A stretch of DNA of 62,640 nucleotides, counting the filler. It is 8 parts of 8 records of this genome, joined end to end, with 100 filler letters (N's around TTAATTAATTAA, not from the genome) between each part and the next. Parts side by side here need not be neighbours in the genome. Positions count along the whole stretch, not along the records: positions 12,726 to 23,822 come from SRR31156797_4358; positions 23,923 to 29,350 come from SRR31156797_4371; positions 29,451 to 42,294 come from SRR31156797_4376; 5 more parts are not named here. One strand, written 5' to 3'. The notes under the pieces were generated by a model. That model saw only the letters and a program-made list of their open reading frames with translations. It was not told where the DNA came from and searched no databases. Shown piece after piece: positions 19,517 to 30,318 of the stretch. The position numbers were made by a program, and so were the translations under genes. The first letter of the stretch is position 1. Each line of letters begins with the position of its first letter.

Positions 19517-20986
19517 TTACATCATTACAACGTCAAATTGCTCTTGGATATACAAAGGTTCAGCTTGAATACGAACTTCTTTACCAATAAATACTTCGAG
19601 TTCAGCAAGAGCGTGTGACTCATCACCTTGCAATGTTTCTGCCACCGCTGGAGACGCGTAAACAACAAATCTATCTGAATCGTAAGCGCGATTGACACGA
19701 GTGATTTCACGTAAGATTTCAAAACAAACTGTTTCCACCGTTTTCACCGCACCTCGCCCTTCACATGTTGGACAAGTAGAACACAATACATGTTCAATAC
19801 TTTCTCGGGTTCTTTTACGGGTCATCTCAACCAAGCCAAGTTGGGTAAAGCCGTTAATGTTGGTTTTAACCCGATCTTTGCTGAGTGCCGCTTCAAGTGA
19901 AGCAAGTACTCGCTTACGGTGATCATCTGAAGCCATATCGATAAAGTCGATAATGATAATTCCGCCCAGATTGCGCAGACGCAACTGACGAGCAATCGCC
20001 TGAGTGGCTTCAATGTTAGTGTTAAAGATGGTTTCTTCGAGATTCCGACGGCCAACAAAAGCCCCAGTATTGATATCGACCGTTGTCATCGCTTCGGTTT
20101 GATCGATGATCAGATAGCCGCCCGACTTCAACTCTACTTTACGCTCCAGAGAGCGTTGAACTTCATTCTCTGTGTCGTACATATCAAAGATCGGTTTATC
20201 GCCTTCATAAAGCTCAAGCTTATCCGCCAACTCGGGAACAAACTCTGAGATGAACTCTTTAAGGTTTTCATATTCCAATCTGGAATCGATGACAATACTG
20301 GTTAACTCAGTACCAACGAAATCTCGGATAATTCGCTGTGAAAGCCCTGGCTCTCCGTATAGTGTTGAGCGCGTTTTATATCGAGCGCGACGCTCCATCA
20401 CTTTAGTCCATAGACGCTTGAGAAACGCAGCATCTTGCGCTAACTCTTTTTCATCAGCACCTTCTGCGGCAGTGCGAATAATAAAGCCACCATGCTCATC
20501 GCAATACTGCGCGACAACCGATTTTAGTCGGTCTCGTTCTGACTCACTTTCGATGCGTTGAGAAACCCCTACATGCGCAGCACCCGGCATGTAGACTAAG
20601 TAACGGGAAGGTAAAGTAATGTCCGTCGTGAGACGAGCCCCTTTGGTACCCAAAGGATCTTTGACGACTTGCACAACAATATCCTGACCTTGGCGAACCA
20701 GTTCAGAAATGTCACGAACTTGAAATTGTTGTTTTTCATTCTCCGCCACACATTCAGTGTGAGGAACGATATCCGAAGCGTGGAGAAAGGCTGCTTTCTC
20801 TAAACCGATATCAACAAAAGCCGCCTGCATTCCAGGTAAGACTCGACTAACTTTGCCTTTGTAGATGTTTCCGACAATGCCACGTTTTGCTTCACGTTCA
20901 ATATGGATCTCTTGAAGGACCCCGCCTTCAATCATTGCCACACGAGTTTCACTCGGGGTGACATTTAAGATCAACTCTGCACTCAT
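19517..20986 (-). CDS. rng: Ribonuclease G
   Basis: GNIYKGKVSRVLPGMQAAFVDIG S1 domain; VDINTG; LRNLGGIIIIDFIDM. Confidence 0.96.
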   Translation of the reverse strand: MSAELILNVTPSETRVAMIEGGVLQEIHIEREAKRGIVGNIYKGKVSRVLPGMQAAFVDIGLEKAAFLHASDIVPHTECVAENEKQQFQVRDISELVRQGQDIVVQVVKDPLGTKGARLTTDITLPSRYLVYMPGAAHVGVSQRIESESERDRLKSVVAQYCDEHGGFIIRTAAEGADEKELAQDAAFLKRLWTKVMERRARYKTRSTLYGEPGLSQRIIRDFVGTELTSIVIDSRLEYENLKEFISEFVPELADKLELYEGDKPIFDMYDTENEVQRSLERKVELKSGGYLIIDQTEAMTTVDINTGAFVGRRNLEETIFNTNIEATQAIARQLRLRNLGGIIIIDFIDMASDDHRKRVLASLEAALSKDRVKTNINGFTQLGLVEMTRKRTRESIEHVLCSTCPTCEGRGAVKTVETVCFEILREITRVNRAYDSDRFVVYASPAVAETLQGDESHALAELEVFIGKEVRIQAEPLYIQEQFDVVMM

Positions 20987-21004
20987 GAGCGCACCTCAAT
21001 GTTT

Positions 21005-21583
21005 TTAAATAAATTCGTGCAAAAGCTGGTCAGTTTCATACAGTGGCAGGCCCACTACCGCGTGGTAGCTACCCTCAATTCTCGTTACAAATCGTCCACC
21101 CAATCCTTGAATGCCATAACTACCAGCTTTATCGCAAGGTTCACCCGTTTGCCAATATTGTTCTATTTCTTGATCCGACAAGGGCTTGAACCATACCTCT
21201 GTAGTCACGACCACAGAGCGATGTTTTTGTTTTGAGGCGACCGTTACGGCCGTCATCACTTGATGGCGAGTACCTGAAAGGTGCTGCAGCATCTGTTTTG
21301 CATGAGAGAAATCCTGTGGCTTTTCTAAAACACGGTCATCTTGCACAACAATCGTATCTGAACCCAAAACAACAGCGTTTTGGTCAGCCATGTTTAACCC
21401 CGCTAACGCTTTATCTTTTGATAAACGTTCAACGTATTGAACAGGAGACTCATCATCCAAACGTTTTTCTTCAACATTGGGTACCAGAATTTCAAACTGG
21501 TAACCAAGTTGTGATAGCAGCTCACGACGTCGGGGAGAACCCGACGCCAGAACCAAGTTAATCTCGGTTTTTTCGTTGGTCAT
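21005..21583 (-). CDS. maf: Maf/YhdE nucleoside triphosphate pyrophosphatase
   Basis: LASGSPRRRELL, GSDTIV, DKAGSYGIQG, VVGLPL. Confidence 0.93.
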   Translation of the reverse strand: MTNEKTEINLVLASGSPRRRELLSQLGYQFEILVPNVEEKRLDDESPVQYVERLSKDKALAGLNMADQNAVVLGSDTIVVQDDRVLEKPQDFSHAKQMLQHLSGTRHQVMTAVTVASKQKHRSVVVTTEVWFKPLSDQEIEQYWQTGEPCDKAGSYGIQGLGGRFVTRIEGSYHAVVGLPLYETDQLLHEFI

Positions 21584-22068
21584 CTTATATGCCAATGGCG
21601 TCTAACACGGCGTAATAACAAAAACATCCATGGCCAAAGTATACAGCTAATTAGGCCACTCCAAAGAGATAATGGATTAAATGTGACATCCTGAATGAGA
21701 TACTCACCAAAGAAAATCAACACCTCCAGTCCCATTGCCAGCAAACCAACCATAAAGGCTTGCTGCCACAACGCCATGTTACGCATCACTAAAAAGTTCA
21801 TGGCAACAAGGTAGATAACGATCGACATCATCATACCGCGGATACCGAGCGTTGAACCTAGCAGAAGATCCCACAGCAGTCCCAGCACTAATGCTGAGCC
21901 GACATTGACACGATGCGGCAGAGCCATAACCCAATAACAAGTAACCAGTAAAATCCAAGATGGGCGCAGAAGATCAAGCGTACCTGGCCAAGGAATTGTT
22001 TGGAAAATCAATGCAAATAGAAAAGATCCCCAAATAACAAATCGACCTTTCCATTCATTATTGGCCAT
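21580..22068 (-). CDS. mreD: Rod shape-determining protein MreD
   Basis: Hydrophobic protein with RPSWILLVTCYWVMALPHRVNVG; mreBCD order. Confidence 0.93.
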   Translation of the reverse strand: MANNEWKGRFVIWGSFLFALIFQTIPWPGTLDLLRPSWILLVTCYWVMALPHRVNVGSALVLGLLWDLLLGSTLGIRGMMMSIVIYLVAMNFLVMRNMALWQQAFMVGLLAMGLEVLIFFGEYLIQDVTFNPLSLWSGLISCILWPWMFLLLRRVRRHWHIR

Positions 22069-22945
22069 CCGCACTCCCCTCTTCTATATCATCTGGATTG
22101 GAAAGCAGGACTTTCTGCTGACGGTCTTCATTAGGCCAAATCAGCAACAAATAACGCAGACGATCAAAATCAACCACTGGCTTGGCTTTTATCGAAGCGA
22201 ACTCACGGCGTGTATCTCTATCCACATCAGTGATATAAGCCACCGGATACCCCTCGGGATAAACACCACCCAAGCCGGAAGTCACTAACATATCTCCAAC
22301 TTCGATATCAGTGCTGGTTGGAATATGCTCCAATTGGATTTCATCACTCTGACCATTGCCAGAGGCGATCACTCGAATATCGTTACGAATATTTTGTACC
22401 GGAATTGCGTTGTTTGGGTCAATCAGCAGCAATACACGGCTATTGTGCGCCGCAACAAACGTTACCTGACCGACAATACCTTTCTCGTTAATGACAGGCT
22501 GGCCTTCATAAACGCCATCAATCTGGCCTTTGTCTATCACCACCTGATGACGATAAGGTGATGTATCGACCGCCATGACTTCTGTAACCACTTTCTTTTC
22601 ATCGCGGACAAATTCAGAACCCAGAAGCTTACGCAGGCGTTGGTTCTCTTCTCGATACTGATCGAGCAAAATCAAATCACTTTTCAGGCGCATCACTTCA
22701 CGCTTGTACGCCTGATTGGAAGTCATCAATTCTTCTCGAGAGCTGAATCGCGCATAAAAGTCATCAAACATAGTACGTGGCAAGTCTGCCGCATACTGAA
22801 TGGGCGCAACCATACTATTGAGCAAAAATCGTACTTCAGAGAATGCTCCTAAACGACTATCAGCCAGCATAAGGCTGGCTGATAAAATAACCGCAAAGAA
22901 CAGGCGTTGTTGAAGAGATGGTCCTCGACCAAAAATTGGCTTCAT
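22058..22945 (-). CDS. mreC: Rod shape-determining protein MreC
   Basis: MKPIFGRGPSL, ENQRLRKLL coiled coil, TSGLGGVYPEGYPV. Confidence 0.95.
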   Translation of the reverse strand: MKPIFGRGPSLQQRLFFAVILSASLMLADSRLGAFSEVRFLLNSMVAPIQYAADLPRTMFDDFYARFSSREELMTSNQAYKREVMRLKSDLILLDQYREENQRLRKLLGSEFVRDEKKVVTEVMAVDTSPYRHQVVIDKGQIDGVYEGQPVINEKGIVGQVTFVAAHNSRVLLLIDPNNAIPVQNIRNDIRVIASGNGQSDEIQLEHIPTSTDIEVGDMLVTSGLGGVYPEGYPVAYITDVDRDTRREFASIKAKPVVDFDRLRYLLLIWPNEDRQQKVLLSNPDDIEEGSADGQ

Positions 22946-22999
22946 CTTAAATCCCTAGATTTGTATATGGCACCTCAAACCAAGGTGCCTGACAAGCCA

Positions 23000-23822
<823 letters not shown>

Positions 23823-23922
23823 NNNNNNNNNNNNNNNNNNNNNNNNNNNNNNNNNNNNNNNNNNNNTTAATTAATTAANNNNNNNNNNNNNNNNNNNNNN
23901 NNNNNNNNNNNNNNNNNNNNNN
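23823..23922. other. Artificial contig spacer
   Basis: N44-TTAATTAATTAA-N44. Confidence 0.98.
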
Positions 23923-23980
23923 AGAACCATTTATGGACAGACACTAAATAAAATATATAGCATCCAATAGAGGTAATAAT

Positions 23981-24985
23981 TTGGAACATCCAACTGAAAC
24001 TAAAGCTGTTGTTAAATTCCGCAAAGATAGGCGCCTATCCTTTAAGAAACAATTCTTGATCTGTCTTTTTTCAATTCTTGCTTTCATTATTACGGCCATC
24101 GGTCCGGCTTCGGCCAATCCCGGCAAAATCACATTCGGGACCTTGCCGGTAATACAGGCCCTGCCCATTTTTGTGGCCCAGGAAACCGGACTTTTCAAGG
24201 CCGAAGGTCTCGAAGTGGAAATCGTCCCCTTTCGCACCGCCCTTGACAAAGACGTCGCCATGACCGCCGGACGGATAGAAGGCTATTTCGGCGACCTGTT
24301 CACTCCAATAATATTAAGAGCCAACAGCATGGATGTCAGGATCGCGGCCAGGAATTTCCGGACAACCGGAGAAGAACGCTTATTCGCTGTTTTGGCCGGC
24401 CCCAAAAGTGAAATTAAAAGCGCGGCCGGGCTGTCGGATATCCCAATCGCGGTTTCAACCAATACTATTATAGAATACGTAACTTCTTCTCTTCTGCTGA
24501 AAGCCGGCATTCCAAACGACAGAATCACTTTCATGGAAACCAAAAACATACCAATCCGTTTCCAGATGCTTTTAAGCGGGCAGGTCGAGGCGGCGACTCT
24601 CCCGGAACCACTGGTGACGATGGCGGTAAAAAAAGGCTGCCGCGTGCTGGCGGACGACAGCCGGACTGAATTAAGCATTACTGTCCTGGTTTTTTCGCAT
24701 AAAACCATTAAACGCAAACCCGAAGACATAAGGGCGTTCATAATTGCGGTCAACAACGCGGTCGACCTGATCAATTCGGGCTTCACAGGCGTCAGGGACA
24801 TAATGGTGAGAAACTGCAATATTCCGGAGCCGCTAAGGGAAGTATTCCCCATTCCGCAATTTCCCAAATCCGACCTGCCGGCAAAAAAGAACGTGACGGA
24901 GGCGGTCAACTGGCTCTACCAGCGCCAGGTGTTGAAATCAAAACCGGGGTATAAGGAGTTGGTTGATCCGAGCTTTGTGGAATAA
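23981..24985 (+). CDS. ABC transporter substrate-binding protein (NMT1/SsuA-like)
   Basis: Signal peptide ending ASA; LPIFVAQETGLFKAEGLEVEI and AATLPEP motifs; start codon uncertain. Confidence 0.78.
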   Translation: MEHPTETKAVVKFRKDRRLSFKKQFLICLFSILAFIITAIGPASANPGKITFGTLPVIQALPIFVAQETGLFKAEGLEVEIVPFRTALDKDVAMTAGRIEGYFGDLFTPIILRANSMDVRIAARNFRTTGEERLFAVLAGPKSEIKSAAGLSDIPIAVSTNTIIEYVTSSLLLKAGIPNDRITFMETKNIPIRFQMLLSGQVEAATLPEPLVTMAVKKGCRVLADDSRTELSITVLVFSHKTIKRKPEDIRAFIIAVNNAVDLINSGFTGVRDIMVRNCNIPEPLREVFPIPQFPKSDLPAKKNVTEAVNWLYQRQVLKSKPGYKELVDPSFVE

Positions 24986-25049
24986 TCAATATTTAAAAAG
25001 CCTGGACGACTATAATTCATCCACCTGCAGAACCCGGCTGGAGTAAAAA

Positions 25050-25958
25050 ATGAACGGCTCAAACATATTGTCCAACGATCGCCTTAAAGCCTGGTATCAG
25101 GCCAGCAGGCCGCCTTTCTATATTGCAACTGTCATTCCCCTGGTTTTGGGCTGGGTTTTGGCTGTTCAGGACGCCGGGGAATTGAGATTCGGGCGGTTTT
25201 TGCTCGTGAACCTGGGCGCATTTATGGTTCATTTGGCCACAAATCTGGCCGACGACCTTTTCGATCACATACTCGGCGCGGACGCCGGGGATTCCATCGG
25301 CGGTTCCAGGGTGGTTCAGGAAGGTAAAATAACCCTGGGCCAGCTTGCCTGGTCGCTTGTCATTCTCTATTCAGCGGCATTGGTTATTGCCGCGGCCCTG
25401 ATCAGGTCGTCCGGTCAGGCGGGCCTGTGGGGATTTGTCGTTTTCGCCGCTTTATCAAGCCTGTTTTACGTGGCGCCGCCGATAAAATATGGTTACCGGG
25501 GGTTGGGAGAACTGTCGGTTTTTATTAACATGGGACTGATTATGGTCGGCGGAGCCTATTGGATCCAGGCGGAAGCCTGGAATTGGAAAGTGATCTGGCC
25601 GGCCATTCCCGTTGGGCTTATGGTGGCCAATATTCTCTACTTTCAGAGCCTGCCGGATATGGCCACTGATGAGAAGGTCGGTAAAATCACTTTAGCCGTC
25701 CGCCTGGGCAAGGAGGGCGCGGAAGCGGCGTTTAAAGCCTGGTGGATTATAACCTACGTCAGCATAATCCTGCTTAATATGATCGGAATAGCCGGCCTGC
25801 TTGCCTGGGCCTGCCTGCTTACCATCCCCTTGTATTTAAAGACCGCGCGTTTAATCCATGAAACGGAAGACTGGCTGGATCTGGATGCTCACGGACATCT
25901 GGTCCGTAAGCTGTACATGACCAACGGCGTGATAATTATCCTGTCGGTTATCATTTAA
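25050..25958 (+). CDS. menA: UbiA-family prenyltransferase, MenA-like
   Basis: ASRPPF, NLADDLFDHILGAD, YVAPPIKYGYRGLGE, DMATDEKVGKITLAVRLG. Confidence 0.8.
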   Translation: MNGSNILSNDRLKAWYQASRPPFYIATVIPLVLGWVLAVQDAGELRFGRFLLVNLGAFMVHLATNLADDLFDHILGADAGDSIGGSRVVQEGKITLGQLAWSLVILYSAALVIAAALIRSSGQAGLWGFVVFAALSSLFYVAPPIKYGYRGLGELSVFINMGLIMVGGAYWIQAEAWNWKVIWPAIPVGLMVANILYFQSLPDMATDEKVGKITLAVRLGKEGAEAAFKAWWIITYVSIILLNMIGIAGLLAWACLLTIPLYLKTARLIHETEDWLDLDAHGHLVRKLYMTNGVIIILSVII

Positions 25959-25974
25959 CGTTCATCTAACAGAT

Positions 25975-26004
25975 AAAAAAACGGGGGCCGAAGCCCCCAT
26001 TTTT
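25975..26004. terminator. Bidirectional terminator between convergent genes
   Basis: AAAAAAACGGGGGC-CGAA-GCCCCCATTTTT. Confidence 0.75.
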
Positions 26005-26023
26005 AATTTACTATAGATTTAAA

Positions 26024-27424
26024 CTACTTATCTTTATCGCGTTCTTCAATAAACTGCTTGCCCGTTTGGGGGAAGAGAGCGCAGATGAGCTGGTCTTCTT
26101 CCGTGCAGGCAAAATCGCAGGTGTCGGCCTTGACTTTGTCAAATTCGGGGTCGAGCACATCGCCCGGGCGGCAGTCGTATTGTTCGTGACGGCCCTCCTT
26201 GCCCTTTTTCAAGACGATTTCGGCGACATCCGGATCAATTTCCGTAGGGGTTTTGCCGTAAAGTCCCTGGACAATGCCGCGGGTTTCCTGGGATACGAAC
26301 TTGTATTTGCCCAGCAACACGTTGAGAACCGCCTGTACGCCAACGATCTGGCTGGTCGGCGTGACCAGGGGCGGCGTGCCCAATTCACGACGCGTTTTAG
26401 GAATTTCCGCATAAACTTCTGCCAGGCGGTGGACGGCTTTTTGTTCCTTGAGCTGGTTGATCAGGTTGGAAATCATTCCTCCGGGCACCTGGTGGAGCAG
26501 AACGCCGGTGTCGATTACGGACATCCTGGTATCGTCAAGCAGCTTCTTGTAGCCGGCCGCGGCCTCTTCCAGTTTCTGGCTCATTTCCACCAGCAGGTCG
26601 AGGTCCATGCCCGTATCGCGCTTGGTGCCGATAAAAGCGGCCACAATAGGTTCAACCGCGGGCTGGGACGTGCGCAGGGCGAACGGGGCCAGGCAGCAGT
26701 CCACGATGTCCACGCCGGCTTCAGCGGCCTTGAGGTAAGTCATGGAAGCAAGACCGGAAGTGTAGTGGGTATGCAGGTGAATCGGAACGTCAAAGTTCTT
26801 TTTCAAGGCGCCGATCAGTTCGTACGCGTCGTAAGGGGCGACCAGTCCGGCCATATCCTTTAAGCATATGGTGTCCACGCCCATGTCCACCAGTTGTTGG
26901 GCCTTGTTCATGTAGTATTCAAGATTGAACACATCCCCGCCCATGCGGCGTTCGGTCAGTGAATAGCAGATTGTGCCCTGGAAGTGCTTTCCGTTTTTCT
27001 TGATGACTTCAACCGAAGTTTCGAAATTTCTGAAATCGTTAAGCGCGTCAAATACTCTGAAGATGTCGATCCCGACTTCACAGGCCTTGTCTACAAAAGC
27101 CCTGACCACATCGTCGGCGTAATTGCGATAGCCGACAAGGTTCTGTCCGCGGAGCAGCATCGAAAAAGGCGTCTTTTTTATATATTTTTTCAGAATTCTT
27201 GGTCTTTCCCACGGATCTTCCTTGAGAAAACGATGCATGGTGTCAAAAGTGGCGCCGCCCCAAACTTCACAGCCCCAGTAACCGACTTCGTCGATTCTTT
27301 CGGCTATCGGAATCATATCTTCCGTTTTCATCCGGGTAGCCAAAAGGGACTGGTGACCATCTCTTAAGGTCGTATCCAGTATTTTTAAGGGTTGGGGGTT
27401 GGCAGCAAATAGCTCGTCAGTCAT
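26024..27424 (-). CDS. Pyruvate carboxylase subunit B / oxaloacetate decarboxylase alpha-type carboxyltransferase without biotin domain
   Basis: DTTLRDGHQSLLATRM, WGGATFD, CLKDMAG, HTH metal ligands, PPLVTPTSQIVG; no AMKM motif. Confidence 0.88.
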   Translation of the reverse strand: MTDELFAANPQPLKILDTTLRDGHQSLLATRMKTEDMIPIAERIDEVGYWGCEVWGGATFDTMHRFLKEDPWERPRILKKYIKKTPFSMLLRGQNLVGYRNYADDVVRAFVDKACEVGIDIFRVFDALNDFRNFETSVEVIKKNGKHFQGTICYSLTERRMGGDVFNLEYYMNKAQQLVDMGVDTICLKDMAGLVAPYDAYELIGALKKNFDVPIHLHTHYTSGLASMTYLKAAEAGVDIVDCCLAPFALRTSQPAVEPIVAAFIGTKRDTGMDLDLLVEMSQKLEEAAAGYKKLLDDTRMSVIDTGVLLHQVPGGMISNLINQLKEQKAVHRLAEVYAEIPKTRRELGTPPLVTPTSQIVGVQAVLNVLLGKYKFVSQETRGIVQGLYGKTPTEIDPDVAEIVLKKGKEGRHEQYDCRPGDVLDPEFDKVKADTCDFACTEEDQLICALFPQTGKQFIEERDKDK

Positions 27425-27880
27425 TTTTTGCTCCTTAATTTTTTAGATAGTGTGGCAATTAAGCTTATATCAGCGTTTTCATTTGTGTCAATGGAATCCG
27501 GAAAAAAAATTATCCACAAATATTTTTCAGACATCCATTTTCCAAGAATTAGATAGATTCGGTCAAGAAGGCGATCGAATGAAAACCATAGAATTATTCA
27601 TAAGGATTGTGACAAGGGGCGCTGTCGAAAAAACTCAATCAAGGGAATCGTGCATTCCGGTCTCCTGATAAGAATTTCATGGCTGTTCAGAACAATTTAC
27701 TGATAAATAGGAGAAAAATAACCTAATAAAATTGAATCATTATTCATTTTCTAAAATTTTTTGAAAAAAAGTATCCACATCAATGAGAAATTGTGATAGA
27801 TTTTCGCGCGTCGAACCCAGGGATTTTGGCGCCGACTAAACATGGCGACCACACTTCAGCCTTTCAGGGAGCAGAAATAA

Positions 27881-29005
27881 ATGGAACTGGGGTATATACG
27901 ATCATCCGTGAATGACGGTCGAGTCAAAAACGGTATCATCCCAATAATTCCTGATCAACCCATTTCTCCAAGCGCCAGACCTTACTCCAGCCTGGAAATA
28001 GAACTGAGCACCCGTTGCACGCTGACATGTCCGTCGTGCCCGCGCACAACTTATTCATCTTCCTGGATCAGGGAAGACATGACCCTGGAAACCTTCGAGC
28101 ACATAGCGCCTCTATTCGATTATTTCAGGACTGTTCATTTTCGCGGATGGGGCGAGCCGATTTGCAATGAAAATTTCTCAATAATGGTCAGGAGAGCCCA
28201 TCAAAGCGGCGCCAGGCTGGTATTGTCCACTAATGGCAGCTACCCCCTGGATCCCGAGCTTCTGCCTTATTTTGACGATATTACTTTCCGTTTGGATTTC
28301 GGCCGGGCCTCGCTTTACGAGCGTCGCAATCCACATGCAAAATACAACCGGACCATATTTAATATCAGCCAGGTTTTTCACTGGCGTAACTCATTTGGTA
28401 GAGGCAAGCCCAATATAATAATATTGTTTGCCAAAAACAAATATACCCTGAATCATTTACCGGTTTTTCTGGAGACGGCCGCCAAATTTCATCCGGATAG
28501 AATTGTCTTTTATCAACCGCGTTTCCATGTTCGCCAGGTCGACGCCAACGGAGAACTTCCGGCCGATGTCGACATGGGCCTGGTCTCCCTGATTGACGAC
28601 AAGCTGGAAGCCATGGCCGAAGTCGAAGGATTGAATATTGTCAACGAGTGCGATTATGATCTAAACGGCCACACACATCACTGTACATTTAATTATGATA
28701 ATTCCTGGTTTATAAACTGGAACGGCCGTTTGGCCCGCTGCCGTTTTTCAGCATTGCCGGTCGCCGGCGGAACATTCACCAGGTTCTGGGGCGCTGAAGG
28801 CAAGGTTATCCATACGGCTCTTTTCGGCAGTCTTCTGCGCAGCAAATTCAGTAGAATCGTCAACGGACGGGCCTGTCGCCAGTTCAGCCATTCATGCACC
28901 AACGACGCTGATATTGAACCGTTGACTCACTTGAAAATGCATCACGCCAGTAAAAGAATATCAGGAATCGAAAAAGGGATTGTCCTGCCCTTCCCCCAAA
29001 AGTAA
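27881..29005 (+). CDS. Radical SAM protein with possible SPASM/twitch-like C-terminus
   Basis: CTLTCPSC, GWGEP, STNG; C-terminal Cys residues. Confidence 0.8.
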   Translation: MELGYIRSSVNDGRVKNGIIPIIPDQPISPSARPYSSLEIELSTRCTLTCPSCPRTTYSSSWIREDMTLETFEHIAPLFDYFRTVHFRGWGEPICNENFSIMVRRAHQSGARLVLSTNGSYPLDPELLPYFDDITFRLDFGRASLYERRNPHAKYNRTIFNISQVFHWRNSFGRGKPNIIILFAKNKYTLNHLPVFLETAAKFHPDRIVFYQPRFHVRQVDANGELPADVDMGLVSLIDDKLEAMAEVEGLNIVNECDYDLNGHTHHCTFNYDNSWFINWNGRLARCRFSALPVAGGTFTRFWGAEGKVIHTALFGSLLRSKFSRIVNGRACRQFSHSCTNDADIEPLTHLKMHHASKRISGIEKGIVLPFPQK

Positions 29006-29019
29006 AAATCAGAGCTCGT

Positions 29020-29350
29020 TCATTTTATTTTTCTGCTCCGCGACAGCGCCGGCAACACCGTTTCCTTAAGTGTATCAACAACCTGACCAGCCACAGTAAC
29101 CGCTTCCTTTTTCCGGCCGTCCTCTGACCAATAATGCTCGTCGCGCAGTTTTGTTTCACGATATCCATATGGCCGGATAATGTCCAGAAATGATTCCGGA
29201 AGTTCATCGGGAGGCTCCAGCCCATTTATCACGGCCCAGGCCAGCGTCCAGGCCCTGGCGACATTAACAACATGATACCCGCCTCCCCCCAGGGCGACCC
29301 AGGGCTTATTCAGTTTTTTCAGAGTATTCATCACCGAGACGAATCCGTTA
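29020..29350 (-). CDS. acuC: Histone-deacetylase-family (AcuC-like) protein, C-terminal fragment
   Basis: WVALGGGGYHVVNVARAWTLAW motif; frame open to the contig edge. Confidence 0.75.
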
Positions 29351-29450
29351 NNNNNNNNNNNNNNNNNNNNNNNNNNNNNNNNNNNNNNNNNNNNTTAATT
29401 AATTAANNNNNNNNNNNNNNNNNNNNNNNNNNNNNNNNNNNNNNNNNNNN
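29351..29450. other. Artificial contig spacer
   Basis: N44-TTAATTAATTAA-N44. Confidence 0.98.
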
Positions 29451-29455
29451 TGCCC

Positions 29456-29479
29456 CTTTTGAGACAGCCTCTTTTTTTT
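29456..29479 (+). repeat. Right arm of a REP-like/terminator palindrome at the contig start
   Basis: CTTTTGAGACAGCCTCTTTTTTTT; the partner arm is cut off by the contig end. Confidence 0.35.
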
Positions 29480-29507
29480 GGTGTATATTGAAATAAAGAA
29501 ATTTGAT

Positions 29508-29515
29508 TAATTTTG
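29508..29515 (+). promoter_or_regulatory. Bacteroidota -7 promoter element for pyrH
   Basis: TAATTTTG matches TAnnTTTG, 35 nt before the ATG. Confidence 0.6.
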
Positions 29516-29550
29516 ATCATCACAAAATTAAAGCATAAAAAAGATAATAT

Positions 29551-30252
29551 ATGAAGCGGGTATTACTTAAGATGAGTGGCGAATCGTTGATGGGAAATCA
29601 ACAGGGTGGAATAGATCCTGATATGCTACATGTTTTTGCCAATGAAGTTGCTGAGGTTGTTAAAGAGAAAATTCAGGTAGCGATTGTAATTGGTGGCGGA
29701 AATATTTTTAGAGGATTAAAAGGTGCAGCACAAGGTTTTGACCGTGTAAAAGGAGACCAAATGGGAATGATGGCTACAGTTATTAATAGTCTTGCACTTC
29801 AATCGGCATTAAGCAATCTTGGCGTAAAAGCTCATGTTTATACTGCCATTAGGATGGAGCCAATTGGAAAACTTTATTCTCGTGATGAGGCTATTGAAGC
29901 CATGGAAAGAAACGAAGTTGTAATTATAAGTGGTGGAACCGGAAATCCATTTTTTACAACTGATACCGCTTCAGCACTACGTGCAGTTGAATTGAAGACT
30001 GATGTAATGCTCAAAGCTACACGGGTAGATGGGGTTTATACTGCTGATCCCGAGAAAGACCCAACAGCTACAAAGTTTGATTCCATTACATTTGATGAGT
30101 GCTTGAGAAACGAATACAAGATTTTGGATTTGACCGCTTTTACCATGTGCAAAGAGAATAATATGCCAATTATTGTATTTAATTTTCATGAAAAAGGCCG
30201 TTTGAAAAAACTCATTTCGGGCGAAAAAGTTGGCACAATCGTTAAGAATTAG
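29551..30252 (+). CDS. pyrH: UMP kinase
   Basis: RVLLKMSGE, GGGNIFRG, GTGNPFFTTD. Confidence 0.97.
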   Translation: MKRVLLKMSGESLMGNQQGGIDPDMLHVFANEVAEVVKEKIQVAIVIGGGNIFRGLKGAAQGFDRVKGDQMGMMATVINSLALQSALSNLGVKAHVYTAIRMEPIGKLYSRDEAIEAMERNEVVIISGGTGNPFFTTDTASALRAVELKTDVMLKATRVDGVYTADPEKDPTATKFDSITFDECLRNEYKILDLTAFTMCKENNMPIIVFNFHEKGRLKKLISGEKVGTIVKN

Positions 30253-30318
30253 GTATATTTAGCTTTTATTACTGAAATTTATTTACTTATTTTTTAAGTT
30301 TTATAAAAATATAGTACC

